Shown piece after piece: positions 13,486 to 27,449 of a DNA stretch of 64,000 nt (positions are counted from its first letter, which is position 1; the number at the start of each line of letters is the position of its first letter). The notes beneath the pieces were generated by a model. That model ran no database searches. It had not been told where the DNA came from and saw only the letters and a program-made list of their open reading frames with translations. The stretch covers positions 19,468,001-19,532,000 of the forward strand of contig CM022669.1 of NCBI GenBank assembly GCA_012295275.1, written 5' to 3'. A program made the position numbers and the translations under genes. The DNA is from Chrysomallon squamiferum. Its lineage: Eukaryota > Animalia > Mollusca.

Positions 13486-16400
13486 TATTTTTCAAAAACA
13501 CTTCAAATAAACTGTAAAATCTTTCAAAACAGAATTTTCAAAATTGTTTTAAATGATTATGCAGCCACCAATCTTGTAGTACTTTGGTTACATGTCTTCA
13601 TCCTTCACACTACCTTTCTACATTAAAAAATAAAAATATAAACATGATTTATCTAAAAAGAATTGAAAAATAATGCTAAATAAGTACATAATTTATCTAA
13701 ATCAAATTATCCTGTCTTTTCATTATTATTATCGTCATCGTCATCAATATTTTACTATTATTATTATTGTTATTATTATCGTCATAATCATCATTATCAT
13801 TGTGACTGTTATTATAATTATCGTTGTTGTAGTTGTTGCTGCTGCTTCTGGTGTAATTATTGTTATTATTTTTGCTGCTGTTGTTGTTGATGCTGCTGCT
13901 GCTGCTGTTGTTATTACTGGGCTGTGAACTAATGGTTAGAATATAGGTCTGGGGCATTACGAGTAGTGACAGTGTGGTAATAGCATTTGTAGTGATAGCT
14001 GCTGAAGAAGAAGTAGTAGCTGTTGTTGTTGTCGGAGAGTCGTAGTAGTAGCAGCAGCAGCAGCAGTAGTAGTTAGCAAAATAATGAATTACATTTCATG
14101 CTCTAGATGTTCTAACATCACCTACGACGACGACCTGCCGACTGCCAGCATCATCATCCCATTCTACAACGAGTGGCCCAGCATTCTACTGCGTACAGTG
14201 TACAGCATCATCAACAGAACTCCTAGACATCTGTTATGGGAAATACTCCTAATTGATGACTTCAGTGACAACGGTAAGTTAATTCTCAGGAATGGAGATT
14301 TCAACATCACATATAGGTCATCAACATCACACAACCTCTCCGAAAACCTGTCTGTGTCTCATGAGCACAGATTACAAACATCATTTATAGAAGATGCTCC
14401 TAACTGATGACTGAGGTAAACATGGCTGCAGCTTAATCGTTACCTCTCATAAATACCAGCTGTAGTGAATGCAGTAAATATAGATACATTCTTATCAGTA
14501 AATATTACTGATAAATACTAGTTGTAGAAAATACTGCTTACTGATAAATGTAATAAACACAGGTACGTCCATATCAGTAAATATTACTGATAAACACTAG
14601 TTACATAAAATACTTCTTACTGATAAATGTAATAAACCCAGGCATATCCTTATCGGTAAGCATTACTGGTGAATACTGGTTATAGAAAATACTTCTTATT
14701 GATGTAAGACTCACAGATATAAGAAGTGTGAATCAATGATTGCCAAACGAAATGCACGAAATTAAAAACAAATAAATCAGCCTTTTTTCTGTTCACTAGA
14801 ATTACTGTGATGTGATGCATGTTAATATCACGCGTGAGTTAAATAGCATTAAGTAATAACCGTCAGCTGCGACCATTCTTTTCATAATCTTCTGTATTTC
14901 GTTGTAACATACTGGAAAAAACAGATTTGTAAGTCACTATATACATTATTATATATTGCAATATGTAAAACATATCTCAGATTATTATAATATTAATATT
15001 TTAAATTTATGAAAAAAAAAAAAATAAATAAATAAATAAATGAAAAAACCCAGCATCATTACATTTTTAATTTATTATTTGCAATATAGTTGCAGTATGT
15101 TGCAATACAAGTACGGTAAGTTAACAAAACAGTCTGCCACAACTGGAAAACATTAGTTAATTTATATTATATTATTGAATGTACATTGAAATTATAATAT
15201 ATTATACATTTAAATTATTGAAAATAATTCAGTCGTATACTTTAAATATTCATAGAGAACAGACGACACAATGAAAGACATGATCTAACATTAATTCAGT
15301 TTATTTTGCTCAGAAGACCTGAAGGCATTAAGCGAATACGTAGATACTCATTTTCCACTTGGACTGGTGAAGATAATCCGCTTGTCTGAACGGGTTGGTT
15401 TGATCAAAGCACGCCAACTTGGCTTCCACAAATCAACCGGTGACGTAATAGTGTTTTTCGATAGTCACATGGAAGTCAATATTGACTGGTGAGTAGGCAC
15501 GTAGACTGTATCATTACACCACGAATACTGTCACGATTTATAGCGATGTAAAAATGATGCTTATACGACACAAGTTCGTAACTACTCGCAGTGTTACAGA
15601 AATGACGAAAGAATTATAAAGTGGACAACGTTAACTTAATAAAGCTTTCATTAAAATTGGCATCGTATGAATTTTATTATTAGAATGTTTTTAACGAAAA
15701 TGTTAAAACGTATCAAAAATTGCAAAGCCGGTATCAATAATCTTTATATTCTGACGCTGATATCGAAATCCTTGCATTGTAATGCTGATACACATATGCA
15801 TACGTTTGAATGCTGATATTAAATTCTTGCACTAGAATGCAGTTATCAAAAAGCTGATACACAAATACTTACAACTGAATGCTGACGTAATTATGTTAGA
15901 CTGTATTACCTGTTAAGAATGCATGTTTTTAAATAAGAATGCTGGTAAAAAAAATATATTGTTTATATTAAACTAGTTTTATTGGGATGATCAGATGTTT
16001 ATGGTGAAAAGTAACCGATAAATGCAATAAACACAGCCACATCCTTATCAATAAATATTACTAATAAATACCAGTTTACTGATAAATCTAATAAACACAG
16101 GTAAATATTAAATATTATTAGTAAGTAATGAAATGATGATATAAGAATCTTTATAAAGCTGACGAAACATATTCGTACAAGAATGCTGATATACTGACAT
16201 GATTATGCTAGAATGTTGACAATTTTTATACTAGAATTCTGATAAAGTTGATATAAATGTTTATACTAGAATGCTGATATTAAGTTGTTTTTATACTAGA
16301 ATGCCGATAGTTTCATTTAACGTAAAATTTCTAACGTTTGTTTAAACAATGTTATTTTGTTTCTTGTTGGTCGACGAAGGCTGCAACCGTTGTTGTCGCT

Positions 16401-17507
16401 GATTAAGGCAGACAGAAAGACGTTGGCTCTAGGCACACTGGACTACATCAAGGCGACGACACTAAAATATGAAATATATTTTGATTATCTCACTCGATAT
16501 GGATTTAACTGGCGAATGGTGTTTTTCGAAACCTATTTCAGACCTGATAACTTCGGGTCGGATTTCGCAACACCTAAAAGGTGACAAACTTCAGAGTTAA
16601 TTATTACCTCCAGCACAATGTGTTTATCCACAAATACTTTCTCTGTTAAAGTGTGCCTTTTGGATATGTGAATAAAAGACAACCTTTCACAATAATAAAG
16701 TAAGATATTAAAATCACTAGTATGTGAATATCTTTCTGGGTAACCTCCTATTGTCTAAATAACTTACAATTTTTTTGTTTTAATTTTTTTTTATCAGTTT
16801 CAATTTCAAATAACAGTTTAGTTGTTACTTTTCTTTCAGAGGGGTTGTAATGGTTGGCACTGGTTATGCAGTGGACAGAAAATATTTTGCAGAAATTGGA
16901 GGCTTTGATGACAATATGAGAATCTGGGGAGGCGAGAATATTGAACTAGCTTGGAGGGTAGGCACTTGTGAGTCGACCTAATCAGATTTGCTGATCCGTT
17001 CTTTCTGCTATTAGTGTTTTTAGTCTCGTTATAGCTGGTTTCTTTCATATCTTCATTGTCAAAAGTAAAAGTAGTACTTGTGTGGTAGTAGTAATAGTGA
17101 GAGTCTTGGTATTAGTATTAGTATTAGTAGCAATAGTGGGAATAACGGTGTTATTATTATTGGTAGTAGTAATAGTGGTAGTGGTAGTGGTAGTGGTAGT
17201 GGTAGTTAGTAGTAGTAGTAGTAGTTGTAACAGCAGTAGCAGTGCTGAAACTAGCAGTAATAGTAGTAATGGTAATAGTAATAGTGATGGTAGTAGTAGT
17301 AGTGGCAATACTGGCAGTAGTAGTTATAATAGTAATTGCTGATCGTATTATTGTTGTTGTAGTCATAGAAGTTGCAGCCATGGTAGTAGTAGCAGAACAT
17401 TCATGCAAAAAAAATTAATCAAACTATGTTGGCTTAATTTCGTTTTTTCCTTTTTTTGCCTCTTTCTTTCTTCTTCTTTTTTAAATTTAAATCTAAAATT
17501 TTTAATA

Positions 17508-17606
<99 letters not shown>

Positions 17607-18847
17607 TTTCAGTCTTACCATAGTATTTTAACAGAAGAGTTTTCTATTATTCTGGTTTCAGATTTGGATGTGTGGTGGACAAGTAATTCACGCACCCTGT
17701 TCTAAAATTGGACACATTAGCAGAGAACAACCGTACAAGTTTCCAGAAGGTCGCAAAAAGACAGAAATGTTTAATTACAAGCGAGCAGTGGAAGTGTGGA
17801 TGGAGCCGCAGCACAAGAAATTTGTTTTCGATTCCATCCCAGGAATAAAAGTGGGTAAATATAGCACACAGAACAATGCATTACTTACATTATACATTAA
17901 ATATAACATATCCTGATACATACATCTAATACATACACCATGATGGTTATTATTATTATTATTATTATTATGTACTTATGTGTATATACGTGTAATTTTG
18001 ATGCATACAGTAGGATATCAGATATTTAATATGTGAAGCAGGATATGTCTATGTGTGTATGTATGTGTGTGTATGTACGTGTGTATGTAAGTGTATGCTA
18101 TTAAATTTATGTAATAGGATATTTGTCCGATTTTTTTTATAGGTAATAGGATATCTATGTTACATATCTGATGTATGTAGCATGATATCTTTGTTATATA
18201 TTTGGTGTCTGTAACAGGATATCAATATTAGGAATTTTACGTATGTAATAGGATATATATTTTATGTACTTGGCGAATGTAACGGGATATCTTTGTTATG
18301 CATTTAACGTATGTAACAGGATATCTTTGTTATGTATCTGATGTATGAAACAGGATATCTTTGTTACGTATTGATGTATGTAACGGGGTATCTATGTTGT
18401 TTATCTGATGTAATTATGTAACAGGATCTATGTTTCGTATTTCATATATGTAATGGAATATCTATGTTATGTATTTGATGTAGGTAACAGGATATCTGTG
18501 TTACGTATCCGGTGTATGTAACAGGATATCTATGTAACGCATTTAATGTATGTAACGGGATATCTATGTTATGTATTTGACGTATGTAATAAGGATATAT
18601 ATGTTACGTATTTGACGTATATTACAGGATATAGACGCTGGTGATTTGAGTGAACGATTAGCGCTGAAGAGAAAACTTCAGTGCAAAAGTTTCACCTGGT
18701 TTCTGGACAACATTTGGCCTGAACTGTTTGTCTACGACAGAAACGTCTTCGCGTGGGGATCCGTGAGTCTGTTCATCGTAATTGTAGTAAACATCAGTAA
18801 ACTTTTTTAAAATTATCTTTTTTCTTAGACATATTTACTCTCTAATG

Positions 18848-18890
<43 letters not shown>

Positions 18891-19303
18891 TAATAATAAA
18901 TTAGACATATTATTTTTATTTTAGGCCAGAAATCCGTCTACTAACCTGTGTCTTGACAACAAATATTACCTTTTCCAAGCCGCAGAACCACTGTCTGCCT
19001 CCCATTGTCATTACAAATTCTCCAGTCAGGTATTTGGTTTCCAATACCCCCACACGTACATTTACAGATTTACAGACATAAAATTATAAATAAATAAATA
19101 AATAAATCAGTAAATAAATAAATAAATAAATTAATTAATTAATAAATAAATAGATAAATTTTGTACTTGGCATAAATAATAATAACACACACACACACAC
19201 ATGCTTTGTGTTTGTGTATGTGTGTATGTTAGTATATGTTAATATATACAGTTATATATGTTTATAATAACCTATTTATTTTTTCATATTTTGTGCCACA
19301 CGT

Positions 19304-19398
<95 letters not shown>

Positions 19399-19616
19399 AC
19401 AATTTCAGTAATAACGTATACGAAAACGTACATATAAAAGGTCTGTAATTCAGGGTTTCTCGTGGACGACTGATCGGACGTTACGTACAACTTTGCACTG
19501 TGTCGTATTAAAAATGAATCAGCCGAAGGAAAGACCACTTATTCAGAGCTGTTTAGTGGATTCCCCTGACATCTGGATTCATGTTAAGGTACTTTTATTT
19601 TAGCAGAATAGAATAG

Positions 19617-19704
<88 letters not shown>

Positions 19705-20233
19705 TATTGCAAGAATAAAACGACGTCAACGTACAAATATATATAAACAAACACACAATCAATAGACGCATACTATACGTTCACACATACACAGCACACA
19801 TGTGTGTATTCCTGTCCACAGTAGAAATACATACAGAAACACACTGAAACACATACACATACATACGTACACATGTGCATAGGTATATATACATACATAA
19901 TTACACACATACGCAACAAACAAACATGCACACACACATTTACAAATCTGAATTTGGAGGTCTGTTCACCGTGCATTTTTAACTGCAGAAAAAAACAGTT
20001 TTATTTTTGTCGTGATTTTGTTTGTTCGTTTGTTTGTTTGTTTGTTTGTCTGATCGTTCGTTTATTTGTTTGTTTATTTTTTTTTTTTCCCTCTCTCCTA
20101 TCTGTAGAACGGATTTTTGAAACACGAACGAAGTGGACTCTGTCTCGACCTGGATTCGTCAGGACCTGTAATGAACATCTGTCAGTCTGAGTCTTCAACG
20201 CAAAAGTGGAATTTTAACACTTATAATTTTTGA
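12843..20233 (+). CDS. GALNT: Polypeptide N-acetylgalactosaminyltransferase (GT27), copy 1, A-type
   Basis: Ten coding exons: 12843-13213, 14107-14273, 15314-15488, 16380-16580, 16840-16957, 17662-17850, 18628-18762, 18925-19029, 19454-19588, 20108-20233, spliced in frame. N-terminal type II TM segment, [22 protein letters not shown] metal motif, [19 protein letters not shown], ricin-type lectin (LCLD...QKW). Confidence 0.92.
14440..14710 (+). repeat. Degenerate intronic tandem repeat (~85-bp unit), with a related copy at ~16015-16125
   Basis: Recurring 'cttatcagtaaatattactgataaatactagt...aaaatact(g/t)cttactgataaatgtaataaac', about 3 units. Confidence 0.65.
15770..16310 (+). repeat. Degenerate minisatellite with core 'tagaatgctgata'
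   Basis: The core (ta)gaatgctga(ta) recurs more than 10 times in GALNT copy 1 intron 3. Confidence 0.6.
18000..18627 (+). repeat. ~33-bp minisatellite built from the exon-7 splice acceptor
   Basis: Unit ~'tatgtaacaggatatctatgttacgtatttgatg' repeated roughly 17-19 times, running directly into the true acceptor attacag|GATATAGAC at 18627/18628. Confidence 0.9.
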
Positions 20234-20749
20234 CATTTAAAAAAAAAAAATAAAACATCAACAGAGATATTAGAATGTTTTGTTATATTTTTTTTGCCAA
20301 ATAAGAAATGACAATAACAGGTAAAGTAATAACAAATGGGAGGGAAAAACAGAATAATTAATTAACCAACCATCTGACTGACTGACTGACTGACTAACAT
20401 AAGTAAATAAATAATTTCTTTGAATTTCGATCAGGTATCTTTGGATAGGACAAGTGCTAATGGCGTAACTTGAAAAACCAAATTTCCTTTAGCTCTTTTG
20501 CATCCAATGTTGCAATAAAAAAAGCGATCGCTGAACCAAATTTTCAAAGAAATCAAAAGGAAACACGATCTGACACTTTCTGTCACATAATTACTACGAT
20601 TAATCATCCATATAAAAACATTTCACAAGAAAAGACCCTAAATTTATTTTCAGCTTAAAAATAATTAATTTTACATACGGGATATAATATTTTGAAAAAA
20701 AAAGAAAAAAGAAAAAAAGTGGTGTATGTTAACTGCTTTGCCAGTGACA

Positions 20750-21105
20750 TGACTGTGATTGTTTATAAACACTACAACAGAGTAACAACAAAATTAGGAA
20801 TTCCACTAAAGATACGTATGAAACAGGAGTTCTCCATTTTCATTTCAACCACTTTAAGCTAATAACACAGATACATTTCTTAACTGAAATACTATACTAT
20901 TGTTGTTAAATTCTTGTAAGAACCAGTTAGTCACGTAATTCTAACAATAGCCATGAGCGAACAGTCGAGTATTTCACAAAATACAAAGACGAAATAACTG
21001 ATCGTGGTCAAATTGTTGTCGTCTGTAACAAGCCAAACATCTGTCAACAGATTAAATGACCAACTCAACGATTTATAGTAACAGTAAAGCAGAGTACACG
21101 TAAGT
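20750..21105 (+). promoter_or_regulatory. Conserved upstream module (putative promoter and non-coding first exon) of B-type GALNT genes
   Basis: The block 'gattgtttataaac...aattaggaattccactaa...gaaacaggagttctccattt...aaacatctgtcaacag...cac|gtaagt' recurs at ~28175-28510, ~30470-30828 and, partially, ~37095-37396. Each ends in a GTAAGT donor, and the intact genes have a ttttag|ccacag acceptor just upstream of the ATG. Confidence 0.6.
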
Positions 21106-21339
21106 ATAACGTTCAGCAAATTTGTAAAACTTTTATTTTTCATGTTCTGTTGTTTAAGTTCTGTTATATCTTTATCGTTGTGTATAAAAATTAATGTTTT
21201 ATTTGTATATATACATGCGATGCTATCGGCAAAAAATTAATGTGTTGAATGAGTCGTTTTATTTGTATATCCTCCAATATATATACATTTTACACGTCTG
21301 TGTGTGTGTGTGAAAAAAAAAATATATTCACACATACAT

Positions 21340-21413
<74 letters not shown>

Positions 21414-21554
21414 AACATTACTTTATTTAAAATATATTTTCGTTATTTGTCAAAGAAATGAAACTCCTTTATTTTAGCCACAGCGGAAACAGTATATCTT
21501 AACCCTAAAACTTCTGTGTGTTTCGAAGAAAGGACATTTTCTATAATCATTAAA

Positions 21555-22858
21555 ATGAAACTGAGACAAAGGTGTGTCTTCTATACATTGCTTTCATGCC
21601 TAACACTATCAACATCATTATATATTTTACTGTGGAACCATGAAACACTTATTCTGTTGAGAACCAGCAGGAAATCAAAAGAGAATGATATAGCGATAAC
21701 TCAAACAGTTTTTGAAAAAGGAAACATTAAGAACATGAAAATGAAACCTCCAAATTTACTATTAAAATACCCTCTCTATAGTGCTGAACAAAAGAGAGGT
21801 TCTATCGAGATGGCTGTTCAACCTAGAGGAAAACTGAATGTAACGGTCGATTCCAAGTTTGGAACGCGGTATACTAGTGAAAAAAAGAAAGACATGAACG
21901 TGACTGCTGAGGAGTTCAGAAGAAAGACTAGGATTAAAACAGGAAATGTGTTGATAGATGACTACGGGAAGAACAATCTGACACAAAAAGGAGAAATGGG
22001 GTCTGGAATATCTGAGTCACTGACAGGCTCGCGTCTGCTTCAAAAACGGTTTAACGTCAACGTCTTGGTTAGTGACTTGATCCCGCTCAACAGAATGGTG
22101 CCCGATTCGAGACCCTCAGGGTTCGTAAATCTTTATTTTTTATTTAAAATTTCATAATCTGTGTGTGGGATTATGTCCATAAAACTGTGAAAAATTACCA
22201 TAACAACTTTGAGCTTTATGATATGCATAGTGTTATGATTTTATCCTTTTTAATTTCAAAACGTGAGTAGATATATATGTAACAATTTCATCTGCTTTTT
22301 ATTGCACTGGCATTTACTGTGTCTAGCTCTTACTAATATGAGATGTCAAATCAAATGAAAGAGCCATTACTCAAGAGCTAGCATTTCAAATATTCCTAGT
22401 ACCTTTTTACATTTTATGTATGTATGTGTGTATGTATGTATCTTTCTTTCTGTATTTATTTTTATATTTATTTATGTGCAATACATCCTCTCAGTGCCCT
22501 CTATACATACATATAAACTTATATTTGTTGATTTTAGATGTTCTAAAATCACCTACGACGACGATCTGCCGACTGCCAGCATCATCATCCCATTCTACAA
22601 CGAGTGGCTCAGCATTCTACTGCGTACAGTGTACAGCATCATCAACAGAACTCCTAGACATCTGTTATGGGAAATACTCCTAACTGATGACTGCAGCGAT
22701 ATGAGTATGTTTTTATGAACTCAGCTCTCAAATAGATATTGTTATTGTTGTTATTGTTATTATTATTATTATTATTATTATCGTTATAATTATTGTTGTT
22801 GTTATTGTGATTATTATTATAATAATTGTTGTTGTTGTTGTTGTTATTATTATTGTTG

Positions 22859-22894
<36 letters not shown>

Positions 22895-25800
22895 GGATTA
22901 GAATGATTATTATTATTACTATTTCAGAAGAGCTGAAAGACTCCTTGGACGAGTACGTTGCCACACACTTCCCACAAAAACTGGTCAAAATTGTACGTAT
23001 GCCTCAAAGAGTGGGTTTGATAAAGGCACGACAACATGGCTGTGATACAGCTGAGGGCGACGTCATTGTTATTTTTGACAGCCACATGGAAGTGAACATA
23101 GACTGGTAGGCTTATTTCTGAAGGTTTATTTGTCCTTATTTAGATATTATTGGTTCAATATTTCTGTAGTACTTCATCACAGCACTACTGGATTCATGTG
23201 AGATACATCAGTTTAATGACGACTTCTTTCCTGATTGTCTTACTTAGGGTTACCGGTTTTCTCGATTCCATCGTTATAATTCATTTCTAGATTACAGATG
23301 GATATGTTAGTCTAAAGATGATTAATCTCTAGATATCAATATTATTTTTCAGTTTACTATAATTCATTGCTAGATTACAGTATTTTTTTTGACAGTTTTA
23401 AGATATTTCATTTCTAGATTACAGTATTACATGTTGATTTAAAGATAATTCATTTCTAGATTACAATATTTTATGCCAATTTAGAGATGTTTTATTTCTA
23501 GATTACAATACTATTACTTGAACCTGACATATGTCAGATTAATCATCTAGATTACTGTGTGTTATATCAGTTTAATTATTACTGTAAGTGTACAGTATAA
23601 TATTTCTTAAATTAGTTTAAAGATGATTGTATCATTCCTATACTACTGTGTCACATCTCATTTTAAAGGCGACTCGTTTTCAAGAGTACAGTATAATTTA
23701 GTAGACCAACATTTCATTTATGATGAATGAAGTTTCATTTCTAGACTACAGTACATAGTATATTCTTATCGACAACTTTATTGTTACGAAAGTAATCTTG
23801 ATATGAATGTGACTATTTAATAACTTGCTCATCGATTTTCTTGTATTTGCTACAATATTGTGAAAAGGTTCTGTGTCTAATTTTGATGATTTCGTGTCGC
23901 CAGGCTGCAGCCGTTGCTGATGTTGATAAAAAACGACAGGAAGACCATTGCTTTGAGTAATCTAGACTATATAAAGAATACAAATTTCAGATACACGTGG
24001 TATCGTAATATGATCATAAGATACGGTTTCGATTGGAGGATGGTTTTCTTCGAAGAATACTTCAGGCGTGACAGTTCTGGACAGGATATTACATCTCCAA
24101 AGAGGTAAAGTTTAAACATTTTCATTAGATGTCTTCCTACAAAATTCATAATCAAATCTGAAATCTAAGTGATTATTTTAAATTCATAACAATTTAACAT
24201 ATTTTATAACAAGGAGTTATTTAATTTATTTTTAAATTTTTTTTTTTTTTTTTTTTTTTTATAGAAAATAAAGGTTCGCTCAAGTTTCTCTTTTGATTTA
24301 GAGCTGACACCGATTTCAGAAATCCTCAGTTAATAAGACATTTCTTATGTTTAATAATTATTATTATCACTTTACTTCTACCACTACTACTACCGTTACT
24401 TCTACTACTACTACTACTACTACTACTGTTGTTATTATTATTATTAATAATAAATACGTAACATCAAATATCGGACACTTTCCAGATTATGTATCTAAAT
24501 AACATTTTATGCTGAACAACAATCAATCTGTAAGTAACATTACAATTTTTTTTTTTAACTATTTTCATCACAAGTCATATTATTTTTATAGCTCTCCCTA
24601 TATACTTATTTTTGTAGAGGCGTTGTTATGGTAGGGGCTGGTTTTGCGGTGGACAGAAAATACTTCAAAGAAATTGGCGGATTTGATGAAGGAATGAAAG
24701 TTTGGGGCGGAGAGAATTTAGAGCTTTCATGGAGGGTGAGATATCGGTTTCGAGTTTGGATTTACGTTTAAGAGAATAGAACTACATTAATTTTATTTTA
24801 TTAAGGCGTTTACCATAATATGAAGTATAAACTCGTTGAATCGAAGCAAAACCCAAATTTACGTGGTTCTTTGCTTACATGTTTTCTGTGATTATGGTTT
24901 CAGAATTGGGTATATTAACATAATTTAACTGGCTTAACATGAATTAAATACGATTTTGTCGCTGAAATATTATTATTGGCATACTTTCTTTCAATCTGGT
25001 TCCAGGTTTGGTTGTGTGGAGGACAAATTATTCACGCTCCTTGTTCTAAAATTGGACACATTGCCAGATTTCAACCGTACAAGTTTCCAGAAGGTCGAAG
25101 AAATACGGAAGTGTTTAATTACAAGCGAGCAGTGGAAGTGTGGATGGAGCCGCAGCACAAGAAATTTGTTTTCGATTCCCTCCCAGAAATGAGGGTAAAT
25201 ATTTCAACATCAGACTCCAGCAGTGAATCTGAAACGAAAATATGTATTGTTATTGTTAAGTACTATTAGAGCGACTGCTTCTGCTGCTATTACTGCTATT
25301 ACTACGACTACTACTAACACTACTATTACTATCTACTATTACTACTACCGCTACTACCTCTGCTACTAATAATATTACTATTTCTACTACTAATGTTATT
25401 CATATTGTTGTTGTTGTTGATGATCATGATGCTACTGATGATGATGATGATGATATATAGCTAGTGTATCGATGTTGTTATATTAATAATGTGGTATTAG
25501 TATTTATTTATTTATCTATCTATTTATTACCATTATTATTTTTCCGTAGAAAACTGATCCAGGAGACCTGACAAAACGTTTTGCTCTGAAAGAAAAACTT
25601 CACTGTAAAAGTTTCTCGTGGTTTTTAGAAAACATCTGGCCTGAACTTTTCGTTTACGACAAAGAAGTGCTTGCATGGGGATCAGTCAGTGTATTTTCTT
25701 ATAAGCACAGATGTTTCATCTTTTCTATTTCATTGTGATTTGTGTTTCCACAAAAGAGAGTCTCAAAACCTTAATTACTGTTATTTATAAAGATGTCAGA

Positions 25801-26034
25801 AAATATATAAAATGGTTACATTTAACTAGTCTTATATCAGCTATAAAAAGGTTTCAAATACAATTACACTTTGAACATTTCGCTAAAATCAGCTACTTCT
25901 GTTACACGTTTCTCTATAATTTACACGATAAGGAAATTTATAATTTTATTATTTTATTTTCTATTAATAGCAATAGCAAAGGTAATAGTAACAATAATGA
26001 TGATGATAATGATAACAGCAACATCAACCAACAC

Positions 26035-26065
<31 letters not shown>

Positions 26066-27017
26066 TAGTATTATTGTATATATACGTATGTTACTAAATA
26101 GTAAGTAAATAAGTAAGTCAATCAATCAATCTGTACCAACCTTGAAGAACATATTATTCAAATTATTTTATAATACCATTATTATTAACATTAATAGACT
26201 AATATTAATTAATATTATTTCATCATCAATATGTGCTCATTTATTATTATGTTCTGATTGTTCTTTTCAAACTCAGGTGCGAAACCCTTCATCGAATCTT
26301 TGTCTTGATAACAAATTGTATATTTCTCAAATTTTGGGACCACTGGATATTTATACATGCCACTTTCATTTTGCTAATCAGGTATAATATGTAACGTTTT
26401 ATGTACTAAGAACTATTTTAAGTCATTAATTTTATCGCTAAGGTAGATAATAATAAAATAATTGTGTATCGTTCAATGTATGTGAATAAATAAATAAATT
26501 AAAAACTGAAAATATAAAAAAGGAAATGAAATATGCGTGTGTTTTGAGTTTTTCAGAATTACCATTTTTATTAACACAACTGTATAATGATGTTAAGGAA
26601 ATAACTCTTCATTGCATCAACATTTTGTAGCAGTTCAAAATTATTTATACGATTTATAATAAAATATTTTATGTTTGGCTAGAGTTTGTATTTTATGTTT
26701 GTGCATGTTTTGTTTGTTGGTTTTTAATGATTTTGTGGGTTTCTTTGTGTGTGTGAATTTTTTTTAAGTAAACGCCAACATGTTTATTAAATTTTATTAC
26801 GCAGGGATTTTCTTGGACTGTAAACAGAACTTTACGCACCACTCTGCAATGTGTTGTTGTCAAGGACGCTCAGAAACGACCCAAGTTGGAAGGCTGCCTC
26901 ACTGGGTCAAAGGATCGATGGTTACATGAGAAGGTACCTATAATCTTGAATCAAAATGGCGAGGCAATATCGTATTCGTTCATTAACTCGAGTTACTGCT
27001 TATACTTAATCTGCACG

Positions 27018-27096
<79 letters not shown>

Positions 27097-27271
27097 AAAG
27101 ATAATAATAAATAAATAACTTTATTTTTATTTATTTTACCCCCAGAATGGTTTATTAAAACACGAACGCAGCGGACTGTGTATGGATTTTGACGTTTCTG
27201 GTCCAATTATGAAGATGTGCAAAGCAGATTCGCCTTCACAAAAGTGGATTTTCAACACATATAATTATTAA
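21555..27271 (+). CDS. GALNT: Polypeptide N-acetylgalactosaminyltransferase, copy 2, B-type
   Basis: Exons 21555-22120, 22538-22704, 22928-23105, 23904-24104, 24618-24735, 25006-25194, 25550-25684, 26277-26381, 26805-26933, 27146-27271. All GT-AG, same phases as copy 1, open frame to ...[10 protein letters not shown]. Confidence 0.92.
23270..23750 (+). repeat. Degenerate ~40-bp minisatellite in B-type intron 3 (also ~32715-33035 and ~40255-40720)
   Basis: The core 'ataattcatttctagattaca' recurs with copy-specific number and arrangement in all three B genes. Confidence 0.75.
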
Positions 27272-27449
27272 ATAAAAAAATGTTTGTAAATGGTTGTGTT
27301 CTGTGATGATTTTGATTTGGAATAAATAAATAAATAAATAAGTAAGTAAGTAAATAAATAAATAAATAAATAAATAAATATGCTTAACAAAAGTTGGATT
27401 TCATTTGTCAAACATTCAGGTACCAACATTTACACATTTTATTATGTTA

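Noticed and set aside
18000-18627. Regularly spaced, partly palindromic ~33-bp repeats superficially like a CRISPR array
   Set aside because: The units are contiguous and degenerate with no unique spacers, there are no cas genes, and the context is a eukaryotic intron; it is a minisatellite.
22115-25690. Apparently odd donor sites in B-type genes (GTTCGT, GTTGGT, GTCAGT, ATGA|GTATG)
   Set aside because: All resolve to canonical GT-AG introns with the correct phase, so no non-canonical splicing or recoding is needed.
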